From Chara braunii (taxonomy: Eukaryota > Plantae > Charophyceae), in contig BFEA01000044.1 in NCBI GenBank assembly GCA_003427395.1, positions 1,031,219 to 1,087,094 of the forward strand: DNA of 55,876 nt. Direction: 5' to 3'. The notes beneath the pieces were generated by a model that searched no databases, was not told the origin of the DNA, and worked only from the letters and a program-made list of their open reading frames with translations. Below, piece after piece: positions 11,843-24,703 of the stretch (position 1 is its first letter; each line of letters opens with the position of its first letter). The position numbers were made by a program, and so were the translations under genes.

Positions 11843-13123
11843 GTCGTCTGGAGGCGTACTCCTCCTGGAGCAAGGTCCCACTGGCAAAGACGGTTGGATT
11901 AAACGCCTGAATCTGGATGGGTTTCAAGCAGAGGTGGAGAGGAGCAGATCAAAAGCCACTTTCTGCACGTATGCACAGTGAAGTCCAGATTCAGAGGTAA
12001 AATCCACCCCTCCCTGCTAGTGAGACCTCGCCACTGGATTATCCAGCGTCGACAAGCGGAGGTGTGCGCGGAAAAGAAGAAAGAAGAAAGAAGAAAGAAA
12101 GAACTGGCAACTTTGTTTTTCTTCTCCACAAGAGGGCTGGCCTGGACGTATCTGAGCGTGAATAATGGCCAGATTCAGTCGAAATAGTCCTGGTTCGAAA
12201 GTCCACTACCGAGTGTGATGGCTAATGGATTCCTAAAGTTCCAGTCCTTCGGTGTTAGAAGCGGGATTGTGCGTTTCTTCTTTTTCCCTCTTTTTTTTTG
12301 GATTGAACAATTTCGACCATTTCTCGATTTCCCGAAAAGAAAGATGGAACGACCATGCGAATCTTTTTTTTTTTTNNNNNNNNNNNNNNNNNNNNNNNNN
12401 NNNNNNNNNNNNNNNNNNNNNNNNNNNNNNNNNNNNNNNNNNNNNNNNNNNNNNNNNNNNNNNNNNNNNNNNNNNNNNNNNNNNNNNNNNNNNNNNNNNN
12501 NNNNNNNNNNNNNNNNNNNNNNNNNNNNNNNNNNNNNNNNNNNNNNNNNNNNNNNNNNNNNNNNNNNNNNNNNNNNNNNNNNNNNNNNNNNNNNNNNNNN
12601 NNNNNNNNNNNNNNNNNNNNNNNNNNNNNNNNNNNNNNNNNNNNNNNNNNNNNNNNNNNNNNNNNNNNNNNNNNNNNNNNNNNNNNNNNNNNNNNNNNNN
12701 NNNNNNNNNNNNNNNNNNNNNNNNNNNNNNNNNNNNNNNNNNNNNNNNNNNNNNNNNNNNNNNNNNNNNNNNNNNNNNNNNNNNNNNNNNNNNNNNNNNN
12801 NNNNNNNNNNNNNNNNNNNNNNNNNNNNNNNNNNNNNNNNNNNNNNNNNNNNNNNNNNNNNNNNNNNNNNNNNNNNNNNNNNNNNNNNNNNNNNNNNNNN
12901 NNNNNNNNNNNNNNNNNNNNNNNNNNNNNNNNNNNNNNNNNNNNNNNNNNNNNNNNNNNNNNNNNNNNNNNNNNNNNNNNNNNNNNNNNNNNNNNNNNNN
13001 NNNNNNNNNNNNNNNNNNNNNNNNNNNNNNNNNNNNNNNNNNNNNNNNNNNNNNNNNNNNNNNNNNNNNNNNNNNNNNNNNNNNNNNNNNNNNNNNNNNN
13101 NNNNNNNNNNNNNNNNNNNNNNN

Positions 13124-13257
13124 TTTTTTTTTTTTTTTTGGATCAGAACAGATGCGATCTTAGTCCGAAAATGTAAGTAAAAAAAAAAAAAAAAATCTTA
13201 GTCCGAAAACCGAGAACGTCATCGTTCCAATTTTGACGGCTGTGATGTCCCGAAGGA
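13124..13257 (-). pseudogene. Chimeric snRNA-derived retro-sequence: U6 5' part + U2-like 5' part + poly(A), with a nested poly(A) micro-insertion
   Basis: Minus strand: TCCTTCGGGACATC(acagc)CGTCAAAATTGGAACGAT (U6 5' ~35 nt), then GACGTTCTCGGTTTTCGGACTAAGATCGCATCTGTTCTGATCC once the nested insert is removed (compare U2 TTCTCGGCCTTTTGGCTAAGATC-AAGTGTA-GTATCTGTTCTTATC), then an A-run up to the gap. Confidence 0.6.
13157..13209 (+). mobile_element. Tiny retro-insertion (tgtaagt + poly(A)) with 15-bp TSD
   Basis: atcttagtccgaaaa at 13157-13171 and 13195-13209 flanks 13172-13194. Confidence 0.8.
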
Positions 13258-13384
13258 GGTTCTTCTTTTTCTTCAAACAGTTGCAATCTTCAAATGGATG
13301 AGGGAAAAAAAAATAGAAAAAGAAAGGATAAGGAATGTGGTGTCCCATACCGCAGAAGCAGCCTTTGCTTGGGCTTGTGTTTTT

Positions 13385-13511
13385 GGGCCTCGCTCCGCTA
13401 CTCACCACATGCACAAAAGGGGAAAAAAAAATGACAATGTTATCTTTCCATGTTCCAGCGGAGGATTCACGTTCATTTTGCACATCTCTGGAGAGTAGTT
13501 GAGCGAGGCCC
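13385..13511. mobile_element. Tourist/PIF-Harbinger-like MITE (127 bp), related to 11467-11590
   Basis: TIR gggcctcgctc(cg/aa)ctactc; flanked by TTT/TTT; similar length and the same GGGCCTCGCT terminus as the other copy. Confidence 0.7.
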
Positions 13512-13601
13512 TTTCTCTTGTTTCGATCATTGTCTGTTCTTCCCTTTTTTTCGCCTGATAACGCGCTTGCCGGTAGGGAGCAACCGGACTGCCGCGCCCC
13601 A

Positions 13602-13655
13602 TGGGGCCAATAGTTTTTTTTTTTTTTTTTTTTTTTTTGGTTGGTGGGGCCAATA
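13602..13655 (-). mobile_element. Tiny poly(A) retro-insertion with 11-bp TSD
   Basis: tggggccaata at 13602-13612 and 13645-13655 flanks g(T)n-ggttgg. Confidence 0.65.
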
Positions 13656-14184
13656 ATTTGGGCATTGTGCAAAAGAAGGAAAAAAAGAAAGAAAAAAATG
13701 GGTTTCAGCTTTCCAAAAATACTTTTTTTTTTTTTTTTAATTTAATAATACATTACTGTATTCAGGCGTGCTCATTGTGTTTGTTGTGCAGTGGCGAGCG
13801 GGATGATGATGACTACCCCGGACATTGACGGATAGCAAGATAGTAACAGAGAGCGAGACCAAAATCAAGAGCGAACGAGAGGTAGGCATGTCTCTTACGT
13901 AGTGTTAAATGTGTTTACAAACTCTTTTTTTCTATTTTTTTATGTTTACAACCTCTTATGTAGTGTTATATATATGTTTACACGTGTGTCTATTTAAATC
14001 GAATGCCTCACGTCTTCCCCCGAACACAACACACCCTGATAACGAATGTATACAATCGAGCTCTCCGGTCCGGTGCAGCCAAAATAAGGCTGCGTTGTGT
14101 TCGGGGGAAGACGGTAGTGGCATGATCAACCGGATGATCGTAGTCTTTGTCCTCCTTCACGTTCTCAAATGAACCTCCATCACT

Positions 14185-14199
14185 CACACGCGCACACAC

Positions 14200-14243
<44 letters not shown>

Positions 14244-15065
14244 AGNNNNNNNNNNNNNNNNNNNNNNNNNNNNNNNNNNNNNNNNNNNNNNNNNNNNNNN
14301 NNNNNNNNNNNNNNNNNNNNNNNNNNNNNNNNNNNNNNNNNNNNNNNNNNNNNNNNNNNNNNNNNNNNNNNNNNNNNNNNNNNNNNNNNNNNNNNNNNNN
14401 NNNNNNNNNNNNNNNNNNNNNNNNNNNNNNNNNNNNNNNNNNNNNNNNNNNNNNNNNNNNNNNNNNNNNNNNNNNNNNNNNNNNNNNNNNNNNNNNNNNN
14501 NNNNNNNNNNNNNNNNNNNNNNNNNNNNNNNNNNNNNNNNNNNNNNNNNNNNNNNNNNNNNNNNNNNNNNNNNNNNNNNNNNNNNNNNNNNNNNNNNNNN
14601 NNNNNNNNNNNNNNNNNNNNNNNNNNNNNNNNNNNNNNNNNNNNNNNNNNNNNNNNNNNNNNNNNNNNNNNNNNNNNNNNNNNNNNNNNNNNNNNNNNNN
14701 NNNNNNNNNNNNNNNNNNNNNNNNNNNNNNNNNNNNNNNNNNNNNNNNNNNNNNNNNNNNNNNNNNNNNNNNNNNNNNNNNNNNNNNNNNNNNNNNNNNN
14801 NNNNNNNNNNNNNNNNNNNNNNNNNNNNNNNNNNNNNNNNNNNNNNNNNNNNNNNNNNNNNNNNNNNNNNNNNNNNNNNNNNNNNNNNNNNNNNNNNNNN
14901 NNNNNNNNNNNNNNNNNNNNNNNNNNNNNNNNNNNNNNNNNNNNNNNNNNNNNNNNNNNNNNNNNNNNNNNNNNNNNNNNNNNNNNNNNNNNNNNNNNNN
15001 NNNNNNNNNNNNNNNNNNNNNNNNNNNNNNNNNNNNNNNNNNNNNNNNNNNNNNNNNNNNNNNNN

Positions 15066-15132
<67 letters not shown>
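14185..15132. repeat. (CA)n then (GA)n microsatellites bordering gap 14246-15065
   Basis: Directly visible. Confidence 0.9.
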
Positions 15133-15134
<2 letters not shown>

Positions 15135-15649
15135 TCCGAAGAGTGTATATATGGGCGTCCCTCCCGTCGTCTTCTGGACAACCGCACTGTGGCCATGAAA
15201 CGCATAGTCATTATGAGGGTGCGTTGTGTTTGGAGAAAGACGGTAGTCAGACAGCGATGTGGCGGGAGATTGCTGGATAATCGATTTATAAACCGGATCG
15301 AGTGTGATGGGTTGATTTTTTTTTTACGTAATCAGTTTGCTATTAAGCAGCTTGCCTGATCATCACGGTGATGGCATTGTGCGTGTTTTTGCTAAAGAAT
15401 TGATAGTTGTTGTTTTATTTGTCTGCTTTTGTGTTTGAAGCTATAATTAGGTTCGATTCATCACTGGACGCATTATCTTTCTTGCTTGATTTGTTTGGTT
15501 TTGCTGGTTGGATTGATTGATGATTGGTCCCGACTTGATTGCGTGATGAATTGGTCGTAAAAGCCTAATTGAGCTTGTTGATATCTAGTAATTGGTTTGT
15601 TGATTCGTTAGATTGCTTGCTGACTGTGAAGGTGGAGTTTTGGTTGGTT

Positions 15650-15750
15650 TGATTGATTGAATGATTGATGGATTGATTGATTGAATGATTGATGGATTGA
15701 TTGATTGATTGGCTGACTGGCTGACTGCCTGACTGCCTGACTGCCTGAGT
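15650..15750. repeat. Degenerate (GATT)n/(GACT)n tetranucleotide repeat
   Basis: Directly visible. Confidence 0.85.
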
Positions 15751-16148
15751 GAATGATTGATTTCATGACAGAAAATGAGCGGTGCTTGATTGATGTTCAA
15801 TCTCTCGCCAGGAGTTCTTGGATTCTTCAAGTGTGTATCAAAATGTTCGCTTTTCTCCACTTCTGTCTGGATCAGATTGAGCCGGTACAAGAAGGATTCA
15901 GAGTGAAGTGTATCTGGTCCATCTTGTGAGGTGTGCTGGGTCTTAAGTAGGGTTAATTGCACCAGGGTCTCCCTGGACTGAAATGCGTTTCTTGTGGTCA
16001 GATACATCAGAGAAAGTCCGAGTATGAGTGCATTGGATTTCTAGGGCTGTTGGGGGGCCCACCAATACTTCTTAAAAGCGACACCATGCCGAACTGAAGC
16101 GCTCGACGGATGAGGGAAAGGAAATGAAAACAGACTTGCAGACATCAA

Positions 16149-16149
<1 letters not shown>

Positions 16150-16213
<64 letters not shown>
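16150..16213. repeat. (TG)n microsatellite
   Basis: Directly visible. Confidence 0.95.
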
Positions 16214-16217
<4 letters not shown>

Positions 16218-16565
16218 GTCATGTCCGCTATACACACGTCGGCAAAGAAAAAGTCTGACTGTGCCAGACTGTTTCGTCGGACTTTCAACGACTGATCGGG
16301 AGGTTCAACCCCGACAGTCTGTGCAGGATGCATTTGACTGATGGATAAGGACCCACCACGTCACCCAGAGTTAGCCATTCCCCAACGAGAGAAAAAGTGG
16401 TCGACTTTATTCACAACAACCGTGCAGCTGTAGCAGACTATTTGTGTATGTGTTGGAAAGGCGCACTGGCCAAGCATATCCATTCCATCCTGAACAAAAA
16501 GACCAACATAAGAGTGCGGAAGTGCGTGGTCTGAGCAGGGCGTGCCTACACTGTAAACCATTTAG

Positions 16566-16568
<3 letters not shown>

Positions 16569-16662
<94 letters not shown>

Positions 16663-16679
16663 GGGAAGACAGAGAGAGG

Positions 16680-16733
<54 letters not shown>
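16569..16733. repeat. (GA)n microsatellite, interrupted
   Basis: Directly visible. Confidence 0.95.
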
Positions 16734-16736
<3 letters not shown>

Positions 16737-17349
16737 GTGAGAACACTGAGAAGTGCAGCTAGCGAGGTCCACTTGCGTCTGAGGCTAGTGTGAGAACTCG
16801 GTTAACTGTGCTTACTGAGAAACAGTTGAACATTGCTTCGTAGCTCAAACTTCTTCTAATTAAGAGATGGCATCATGTCAGAGTTTCCACTATATGCAGG
16901 GATATGTCCTGCCAAAGTCTCGACAGGGATGCAGGCTGTTGACTTCGGCTTGCCAGTTGTATACTGTTCTCAGACAAACGGGAGAGAGTGTGTCACATAC
17001 CTTTGTTATCAGGTGAAAGTCTGTGCTTGGCCACAGCCCAGTGTCATCACCTGCAAAAGCCCCCACCATGTATGATGAGATATGTTTCCAGTTTCAGGTG
17101 GGTGACAGTGGCACAGCACGCCCTAGGCCAGGGGACCTTCTCTTACTTGCCCCTGGTACAGCCCCAGTTCCATCTGTGCGGCCATGCACTTGCCACTGGA
17201 CCTGGATGGGAAACCTCTGCTACATGCTAGCTGGGGGGGACTGCATCCTGTTCATCACAATGACTGAAAGAGGTTGAGAAGACTCTGCTCAGTGTGACTC
17301 AGTCAGTATTAGGTAGTGGCACATCTTTGGCCGCTTCTAGGTCATACAG

Positions 17350-17475
17350 TGGTCCACTGGATGGTTCAGTAGATGGTCCAATGGATGGCATAGTAGATGG
17401 TCCAATGGATGGCATAGTAGATGGTCCAGTGGATGGTCCTGTGGATGGTATAGTAGATGGTCCAGTGGACACTGG
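17350..17475. repeat. 12/24-bp minisatellite (gtagatggtcca / Rtggatggcata)
   Basis: Directly visible. Confidence 0.85.
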
Positions 17476-17896
17476 ATAGTCCTTGCTGTTTGGGCCTATG
17501 GTAGCATACATCTGGAAATTCTACAACCGTGCCACATTTTGCCGTGACTCTACCCTCGCTCTTGAGAACCAGCTGTTCCGTTTTCTAGTGTTTGGGGCTC
17601 ATCTCCTCATTAAATTTGCCAATGTCCTCATGTGACCTCTTGTGCATGTCTTGGCAAATCACTAGTGATAGTAGTGAACCACATGCCCACTTATTTCCTA
17701 TTTTGCCCAGTGCTATCCCAGTTGACCGTGTTATGTATTGGGGACTGTGGAATCACAGCATGGCGTGAGGGATGTAGCTGAGGCAGTGGCTGAGGCAGTG
17801 GCGGAGGCAGTGGGAAATTGTCCTGCCTCTGAAAGTGAGCCAAACCCACACATTCTCAGAGGCGCTTCATCCCTGACCAGAGTTTGTTTCATCTAG

Positions 17897-18590
17897 ATGC
17901 TCAAGGATGAAACAAACTCTGGTGAAGGATGGAGGTGTCCATTAGACCCAGCAGTTGCATATACACCAGTGAGGGCAGCTGCACAGGACAAAAATCATTC
18001 TCGCATGCATAGTGCTGCTGAATCAATGCATGATTGCTGGGCTCCTCGTTATCCGGCGAGCTCGCATTTTGAGGGTGAGTGTAACACTACGTCCCACCGG
18101 GGCCTCGGCCTCCGCATATATATTTTATTTTATCAGTGAAAAGAAGTGCCTTTGTGGAACGTATTCTCTTTTTGTTCGAGAGTTTATCATGTTTTCTTCG
18201 TTGTGTGTTCTGAGATGGGTAGCCTGCATGGCGTCCATTTGACGAACAGGTTGCAGCTTGATGTCCTCAGGTGGTAGAGGTTTGTGAGAACGTGTTGTTT
18301 TCCTGTTGGTTTGAGCAGTGGTCTGAGGTTGAGACTGCGAGGTTGTTAACTGACTGATTTTTGTTCACAGAGTTTTTGGTCTGAGGTTGAGACTGCGAGG
18401 TTGTTAACTGACTGATTTCTTTTCACAGATTTTTTTCGAGCTTTGTGCTCACCAGTTGGTCCGTGATCTTCAGGTCAAGGGTTGACTCTCAGTAACCTGC
18501 GGTTGACTAAAGCCGCTGCGCAGCAGGAAAGTGGAATGGAGAAGGACGTTGCCGACGAGGTCCATCCAACATGGCGCTGTGTGTACCCAA
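17897..18590 (+). pseudogene. Possible degenerate host exon-intron-exon; second exon split by the gypsy insertion (continues 27865-28020)
   Basis: G|GTGAGT donor at 18075 and CTTCAG| acceptor ending at 18473 join in frame; removing the LTR element keeps the frame open to 28020. No recognisable homology. Confidence 0.2.
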
Positions 18591-19441
18591 TGCAATCAGA
18601 CTTGTCTTCTTCCGTATTCGGCATGCATGAGAACAGATGGCAATTCACACTGGCGCCAGGCGCACACACAAAACTCAGAGATATGAAGGCCGGGAACACA
18701 GTTCAGATTCAAACTCGCTTCAAAATGGCTATGGCGCCTGAGCGCCCTCACATCACCGTTCTGACACTGGATTCAGAGCAACTGTTCACACACACACTAC
18801 TCTGGATCTCCCTGGATGTTCCACTTACACACACGCACACTTCACACAACTCGCTCACACACGCATGCTACAACCTATCTCTAACCTATGGCAGCTATGG
18901 CTGCCCTCCACTACTAACTACTAACGGTGATGGCCGCTTCTCCTACCTCGCAGCCCCCTTCTACTTTGGTCATCTGCAGACCACCTCGCACAAGACGCTC
19001 GGGCAGCGCTTCCGCATGGCTCAGGCAGGATGAATGAATAACTGGACGCTGCCTCTGGATTTATACTTCTGTTGGCGGCTGGTCTGCTCCTTCCCACCGG
19101 GTCCAGGGTGCACACAGTCCCACATGTACTTGGTGACTGGACACAGTGAGACTGGGACTGGGTACCGCGGACTAGGCAAAGTTAGACTACCCACTTGCCT
19201 ACTTGCCTCTGGTCTAACATGAACAGCTCTCGAAAGGCCACTTCCGGACCTTCCGGAAGTCTGTAGACTTGGCCTTTCGGAACTGTAGCAGCTATGACTC
19301 CTACACAGCTACGACCCCTACGTGACAGACCTACAAAACGAAACCCGACAACTACACAGACAACAACCAACTCCCAAAACACAGGCTAGGGATCAAGCCG
19401 TGGGATCTACATCTGCTACTGCCAAGGTGAAAACCGTTTCA
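18591..19441 (-). repeat. 3' LTR of gypsy 1
   Basis: Near-identical to 26922-27864 apart from indels; adjacent PPT-like ctcccgccgccct (19442-19454). Confidence 0.93.
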
Positions 19442-22400
19442 CTCCCGCCGCCCTAAGTTCGAGGTCCTCCGAGAATACTTCAGTCCAAGGCAGGACCTTT
19501 ACCTTTCTTATCTCTCTCATAGGCTCGGACTACATCGGGAGCAGTCTCTAGAAGCTCTGTTCGTGTAAACCAGCGGTCGTCTTCTGGCTTTTGGAAGGAA
19601 AACCGGACTTCGTACTGTTTCTGCGGACGACCTCTACCTCCTGTTCTGAATACATCCTCACCTACTATGCGATCAATGTCGAACCTCCCATCCATATCCG
19701 GAGGGATCATGGATCTCCACAATGGAAATTGCTGACTTGTAGCACAGGGCAACAACTTTGACGCATGAAAAACTACAGGTGTGGAGGTGTGCTGGAATCT
19801 CTATCATGTAGGACGGTCCATCTTCTCGGCCCTCGACTTCTAGGAATGGCCACGGTCCTCTATATGCAGGCAATAGTTTCTGCGAGATGTTCTCCTCAGG
19901 AGTAAACTCCTTTGACTTGACCCAGACTAAGTCGCCTACTTGAAACTGGGATAGGCGACGGTGTTTGTTGGCTTGTTCTATCATCTTGTGCTGGGCCTTT
20001 CTGAGGTTCTCTACCACGGTAGCTATCTCTTTCTCGTGCTGTAGCGCAAACTCCCTTGTACCGGGCGGTAGCCTCTGGATCTGATCCCGGTTAAGTCCCT
20101 CAAACGGTTTGCGCGGTCTAAAGGACTTATGTAGCTCGTTGGGAGTGCAACAAGTGGCTAAGTGTACACTATTGTTGTACGCGCTGGCTACCTTTGGGAG
20201 CATCTCGTCCTAGTTGACTTGATCGGGTCTAACGTACATCCTAGGAACTTGTTGCAGGATCTTGTTCATCTGTTCAATCTGACCGTTAGTCTCTAGATGA
20301 CAGCCAAACAACATCAACAACTTAGAGTCGTAGACTCTCATCAATTCCTGCCAGTTCTCACTAGTGAACCTGGTATCTTTGTCACTAACTATCGACAGCG
20401 TAGACCATGCTCCCTGACCCAATGATCAAAGAACTTCTGTATTACTAAATCCGCCCGTGCCTCTGAAGGCAAAGGAACCTATGGACTACAACCATGACTT
20501 GGCTCTTGCCATGTCTACTCCTGACCGCAGCATCCAATGGACACAGAATCTCCGGGTCCTGTCGGAATAGGCAAGGGTCTGAGAAAACCAAGAGGGGCTC
20601 GCGTAGTGGTCTTATTCCTCTGGCATACTTTACAATTGCGTACGTACTCTATGCAATCAGCCTTCATGTCAGGCCATGTATACGCACGGACAAGGTTGGC
20701 TAATGTCTTTTGCCAACCAAAGTGTCCCTCTATGTCATGGCATTCCCCAAGAATTAAGCTACGGATCTCCTCACTGTTGGGAACGCACAAACGGTCGACT
20801 ACGTTCGTCTTCTCAAATAGCAATTCATCCGTAGTGCGGTAATCTGGTTCAGTTTCAGGGGCCTCCTTAACTCTCTTGAGGAGGTCGCCATAAATGGGGT
20901 CCTGCATATACGCCTCTTTGACTTTCTGTTGCAGGTCTCTCCCTATGTCCAGATAATGTACTATCGTTCAAAAGTAATTAGTTTTTCTACTCAGAGCGTC
21001 CCCAACTACATTGTACTTTCCTTTGACTGGCTTGAACTCAAAGTCAAATTGGTCTATCTCTGCGGCCCACCTAGTAAGCTTAGGGTCATCTTGGCCTGAA
21101 TTGTCAGCCACCTCAATGTCGCGTGGTCTGAGTCGACTTTGAAGTGCCTCCCAAGCAAGTAGTGCTTCCAGTGGTCTAATGCTTGCCTGAGAGCATAGAG
21201 TTCCCTCTCATAGGTAAATGTCGCTACCTTCTCTGAAGGCATCCTAGCAGACATGAACTCTAGAGGTCTATACCCATTGCCATCATCTTGCTGTAAGACA
21301 ACACCTATATTATACCGACTGGCATCAGTAGTGACAACAAAAGGCAAGGATGAATCAACTACCTTGAGGACTGGGTACTCTAGCTTCTTCAGGGCTGATG
21401 TACCGTCTCGATCCCACTCCCAGATCGCTTCTGTCTTTAGCAATCTGCGAAGGGGTGCAACGATGGCAGAGAAGTTCCTCGTGAACTTCCTATAGTAGTT
21501 TGCTAGGCCTAGGAACGATAGCAACTCTGTCGACGTCCGAGGAGTCGGCCAGTCTCTAATGGCAGCTATTTTACTGTCCTCAGGTTTTAAGCCATCTCGA
21601 TCTAGGACGGGGCCCAAGAACAAAACTTGCGTCTTGGCCCACTCACACCTCTTTGCGTTGATCTTGAAGTTAGCCTCTCTCAACTTCTCCAAGACCTGCC
21701 TCAGATGAGCCTCGTGCTCTTGGAAGGTCTTGCTAAATACTAGAATGTCATCTCGGTACACAACTACAAATCTATCTAACCATGGCCTAAACAAATCGTT
21801 CATACAACGCTGGAACGTGGCTGGTGCATTGGTTAGTCCAAAGGGCATCACTATAAACTCGTAGTGCCCATATCCAGTCCTGAATGCCGTCTTGTACTGA
21901 TCATCAGGATGCACCTTTATCTAATGATAACCATACTTCAAATCTATCTTAGAGAAGTACTTGCAGCCCTGCACCCGATCTAACAAATCATCTATACGGA
22001 GCAGTGGTTCTGCATTAGTCAATGCACATTCGAAGTTCTCCCTCCTTTTTGGGGACAAACAAAACAGGTGCTCCAAATGGAGATGAATTGGGCCTAATCC
22101 AACCCTTCTCGAGGAGCTCATCTAACTGCTTGCAGAACTCCTCTAGCTCCCTTGGGGACATTCTGTAGATGGCTCCCTTATGAGTCCTACTGGCAGGCTC
22201 TATCTCAATGCGATGTTGGATTGGCCGTGGTACTACTCCTGTAGGCGGCTCAGAAAAGTTTGCATATTCTTCCAGCAGCTTGGCAATGATTGGATTTGTG
22301 AGTTCCTCTTAGGCTTTGTGACAGGCCTAACATAGGCCACAAAAACCTGTTCTTCTAATTGCTCCTTCTTTACTAATCACGCGAACGCGGGAGCGTTGAG

Positions 22401-24703
22401 ACAACAATGTGTTAGAGGGTTATCTACTCCTGACACATGGAACAGGCGAGCAGTCTTAACTTCACCTAATGGACTAGGGAGCCTACACTCGTGCTCTCTC
22501 AAATGGAGTGTGGCCCCCGTTGCCTTTCCCCAGCCCATTCCCAGGATCATATCGAATGGGAGGTTATCCTCTACGAGGAGAGTCAGGGAATGGAGAACTC
22601 TCTCTACCTTCCCATCTTTCTCTAGGCGAAAGCATGCCTGGACTCCCACGACGTAAGCCTCAACTCGCATAGTGCGATTGTCTGCGAGGATACTGACTAT
22701 AGGCTCTTCTAGCTTTTGGACCTTCAAATTTAGCTTCAACTTCTGAAGTGCTTTGCGGCTGATATAGCTACGGGTAGCCCCACTGTCTATAAGGGCCCCT
22801 ACCCTGCCTCTAAAAACCTCTGTATCTACTAAAACTAGTTGTCCCTTACCACCTTTCTTCATCTTGGCCCAGGTCGGCATCCTCTCCTTCAACGCCTCTG
22901 CCAAACCTGTGAGGCAAGTGCCTAGACAGACTCTAACACAATCAGTCTCTGGACAGCTACCTAGACGCTGGCCAACAACCTTTGCCATAGACACATGTGG
23001 TTTGGGAGTGTCTCTCTGGTGCGCGCACTCTTCTCCACATGGTCTAGGGGTAAGGGCAATTGCGATCCCTACCGACGGTTGCCTTTTACTGCCTGTGCTG
23101 CAGCTCGCCGGGCATCTCTATATGGGGCAGTATCTGATGATGTGCCCCAGATCACCACAATAAATACACTGATTCCTGGTCTATTCTCCTCTGCTACACT
23201 GTCTGTTCTAAGCCCATCTCTTCCCAGGGTCTGCCTTGTGGCAAGCCAGGGTGCCATTCACCCCTCCTGGGAGGTGATCGATAGGAACGCGGGCGGTTTT
23301 GCAGGGGACCTTGACCCCTTCCTACCTCTTGGCGGTTTCCTCTGCCGCCAACCCCCTGATCGCCTTGCCCTCGACCACCAGAGGCCCGACCCCCTTGGCC
23401 TTGGCCTCTTCCTCTTCCTTGCGGCATCCCTCCAACCGCGACAACAAAATAAGTTCTTCCCTGACTACTGCCACTGTCCTCCTCCTCTAGGCCCCACTCT
23501 ATTTGATAGTAGGGGACCTCTTCCATACCACCTTAATCGAGTGTGAGGATCAAGTGATCCTTGGCCCTAACTTGGCCATAGATGGTACGACCCTTCCATT
23601 TTTGCCCTGTCCAAATCTTTGTGCCAGAAGGTAGAAGCTGGCATGGACTGGGCTTCGAAAGTCACTACTTCCCTACTCAGGGTATCGTAGGTCATAGTAG
23701 ATTCCTTGCTCTTCTCAAAGAAATGCCCATGCAAAGGCTCGAGCATGGCACGATAGAACAATTGGACCAATTGGGTCTCAGTGACCCCATGGCCAGGGAC
23801 GACCACCAACTCGTCCATAACTCCCTTGAGTGCTCTGACACTCTTCCATTGACGAGAGTGGACGGTTTGCAATTTATCAGAGACTCTAATCCCTCTAGTG
23901 GCATCGACACATCTCTCACGAAGCAGCTTGAAAAACTTGTTGAGAGGGGTAATCATGGAGTATGCTACCATATCATTCTCAAATTTGGCAGTGCGGGCGA
24001 GTGATATGGCGAAGCTCGCTGCTTCGTCCTTGAGAGCATGGAAGGCGATAAGAACTTGCTCCTCAGGCAAAATCTTCTGGAGGTGAACATAGGAGTTGAT
24101 GTTAGCCTCCCAATTGTCAAAGTTTTCCCCTTTTTTCCCAATGCAGGAATCATGGAATTTCACTTTGATTGGGTCTCTTCGCGGGCGTACTTCCTCCTCC
24201 TTTGGAGTTGCTAGTTTGGCGCCCTCTATGGCACCCGTGCATAATCGCTCTGTACTTTCTATCCTGGCCTTCATCTCTGTGCCCACGTGCATCATCATTT
24301 CATGAGCAAACTGTCTAAACCCTAGGCGCATGGATTGTAAGTCTATGTCTTGGCCCCGGACGAACTGATACTGATCTTGTTGGGCTTTCGCTAGAAGCTC
24401 TATGTTCCTAGCCATAATGTCCAATTTCCCCTGTAATTCCGCCTGGCCTTCCATTTGCCTTCACTGTTCGTTTATGCCCCTCAACTCCTCCATCTTATCT
24501 ATCACCTCCATTCGTTGCCTCTTTTCTCTATTGAGGCACAATTTCCACTCCAACCTTCTCTCTTCTTCTATTGTTTGGCGGCATAAGGGGTCTTCCTCTG
24601 CCTCCAACTCTTTTATCACTGCCTCCTGTTTTGTCCTGGGGACATATAACATTGCTTCTCTTCGCCCAAGGACAGGCGGTACTTCGACGTGCGAGCACAA
24701 GCT

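Noticed and set aside
9798-15359. Long ORFs spanning N-runs and microsatellites (RERE, HTHT, SLSL), also 35112-36277 and 39077-39967
   Set aside because: Artefacts of assembly gaps and dinucleotide repeats.
18482-19382. ORFs inside LTRs (e.g. 18482-19033, 26955-27218, 28907-29281, 41532-41879)
   Set aside because: Repeated only because LTRs are duplicated; frames are not preserved between copies and no domains are recognisable.
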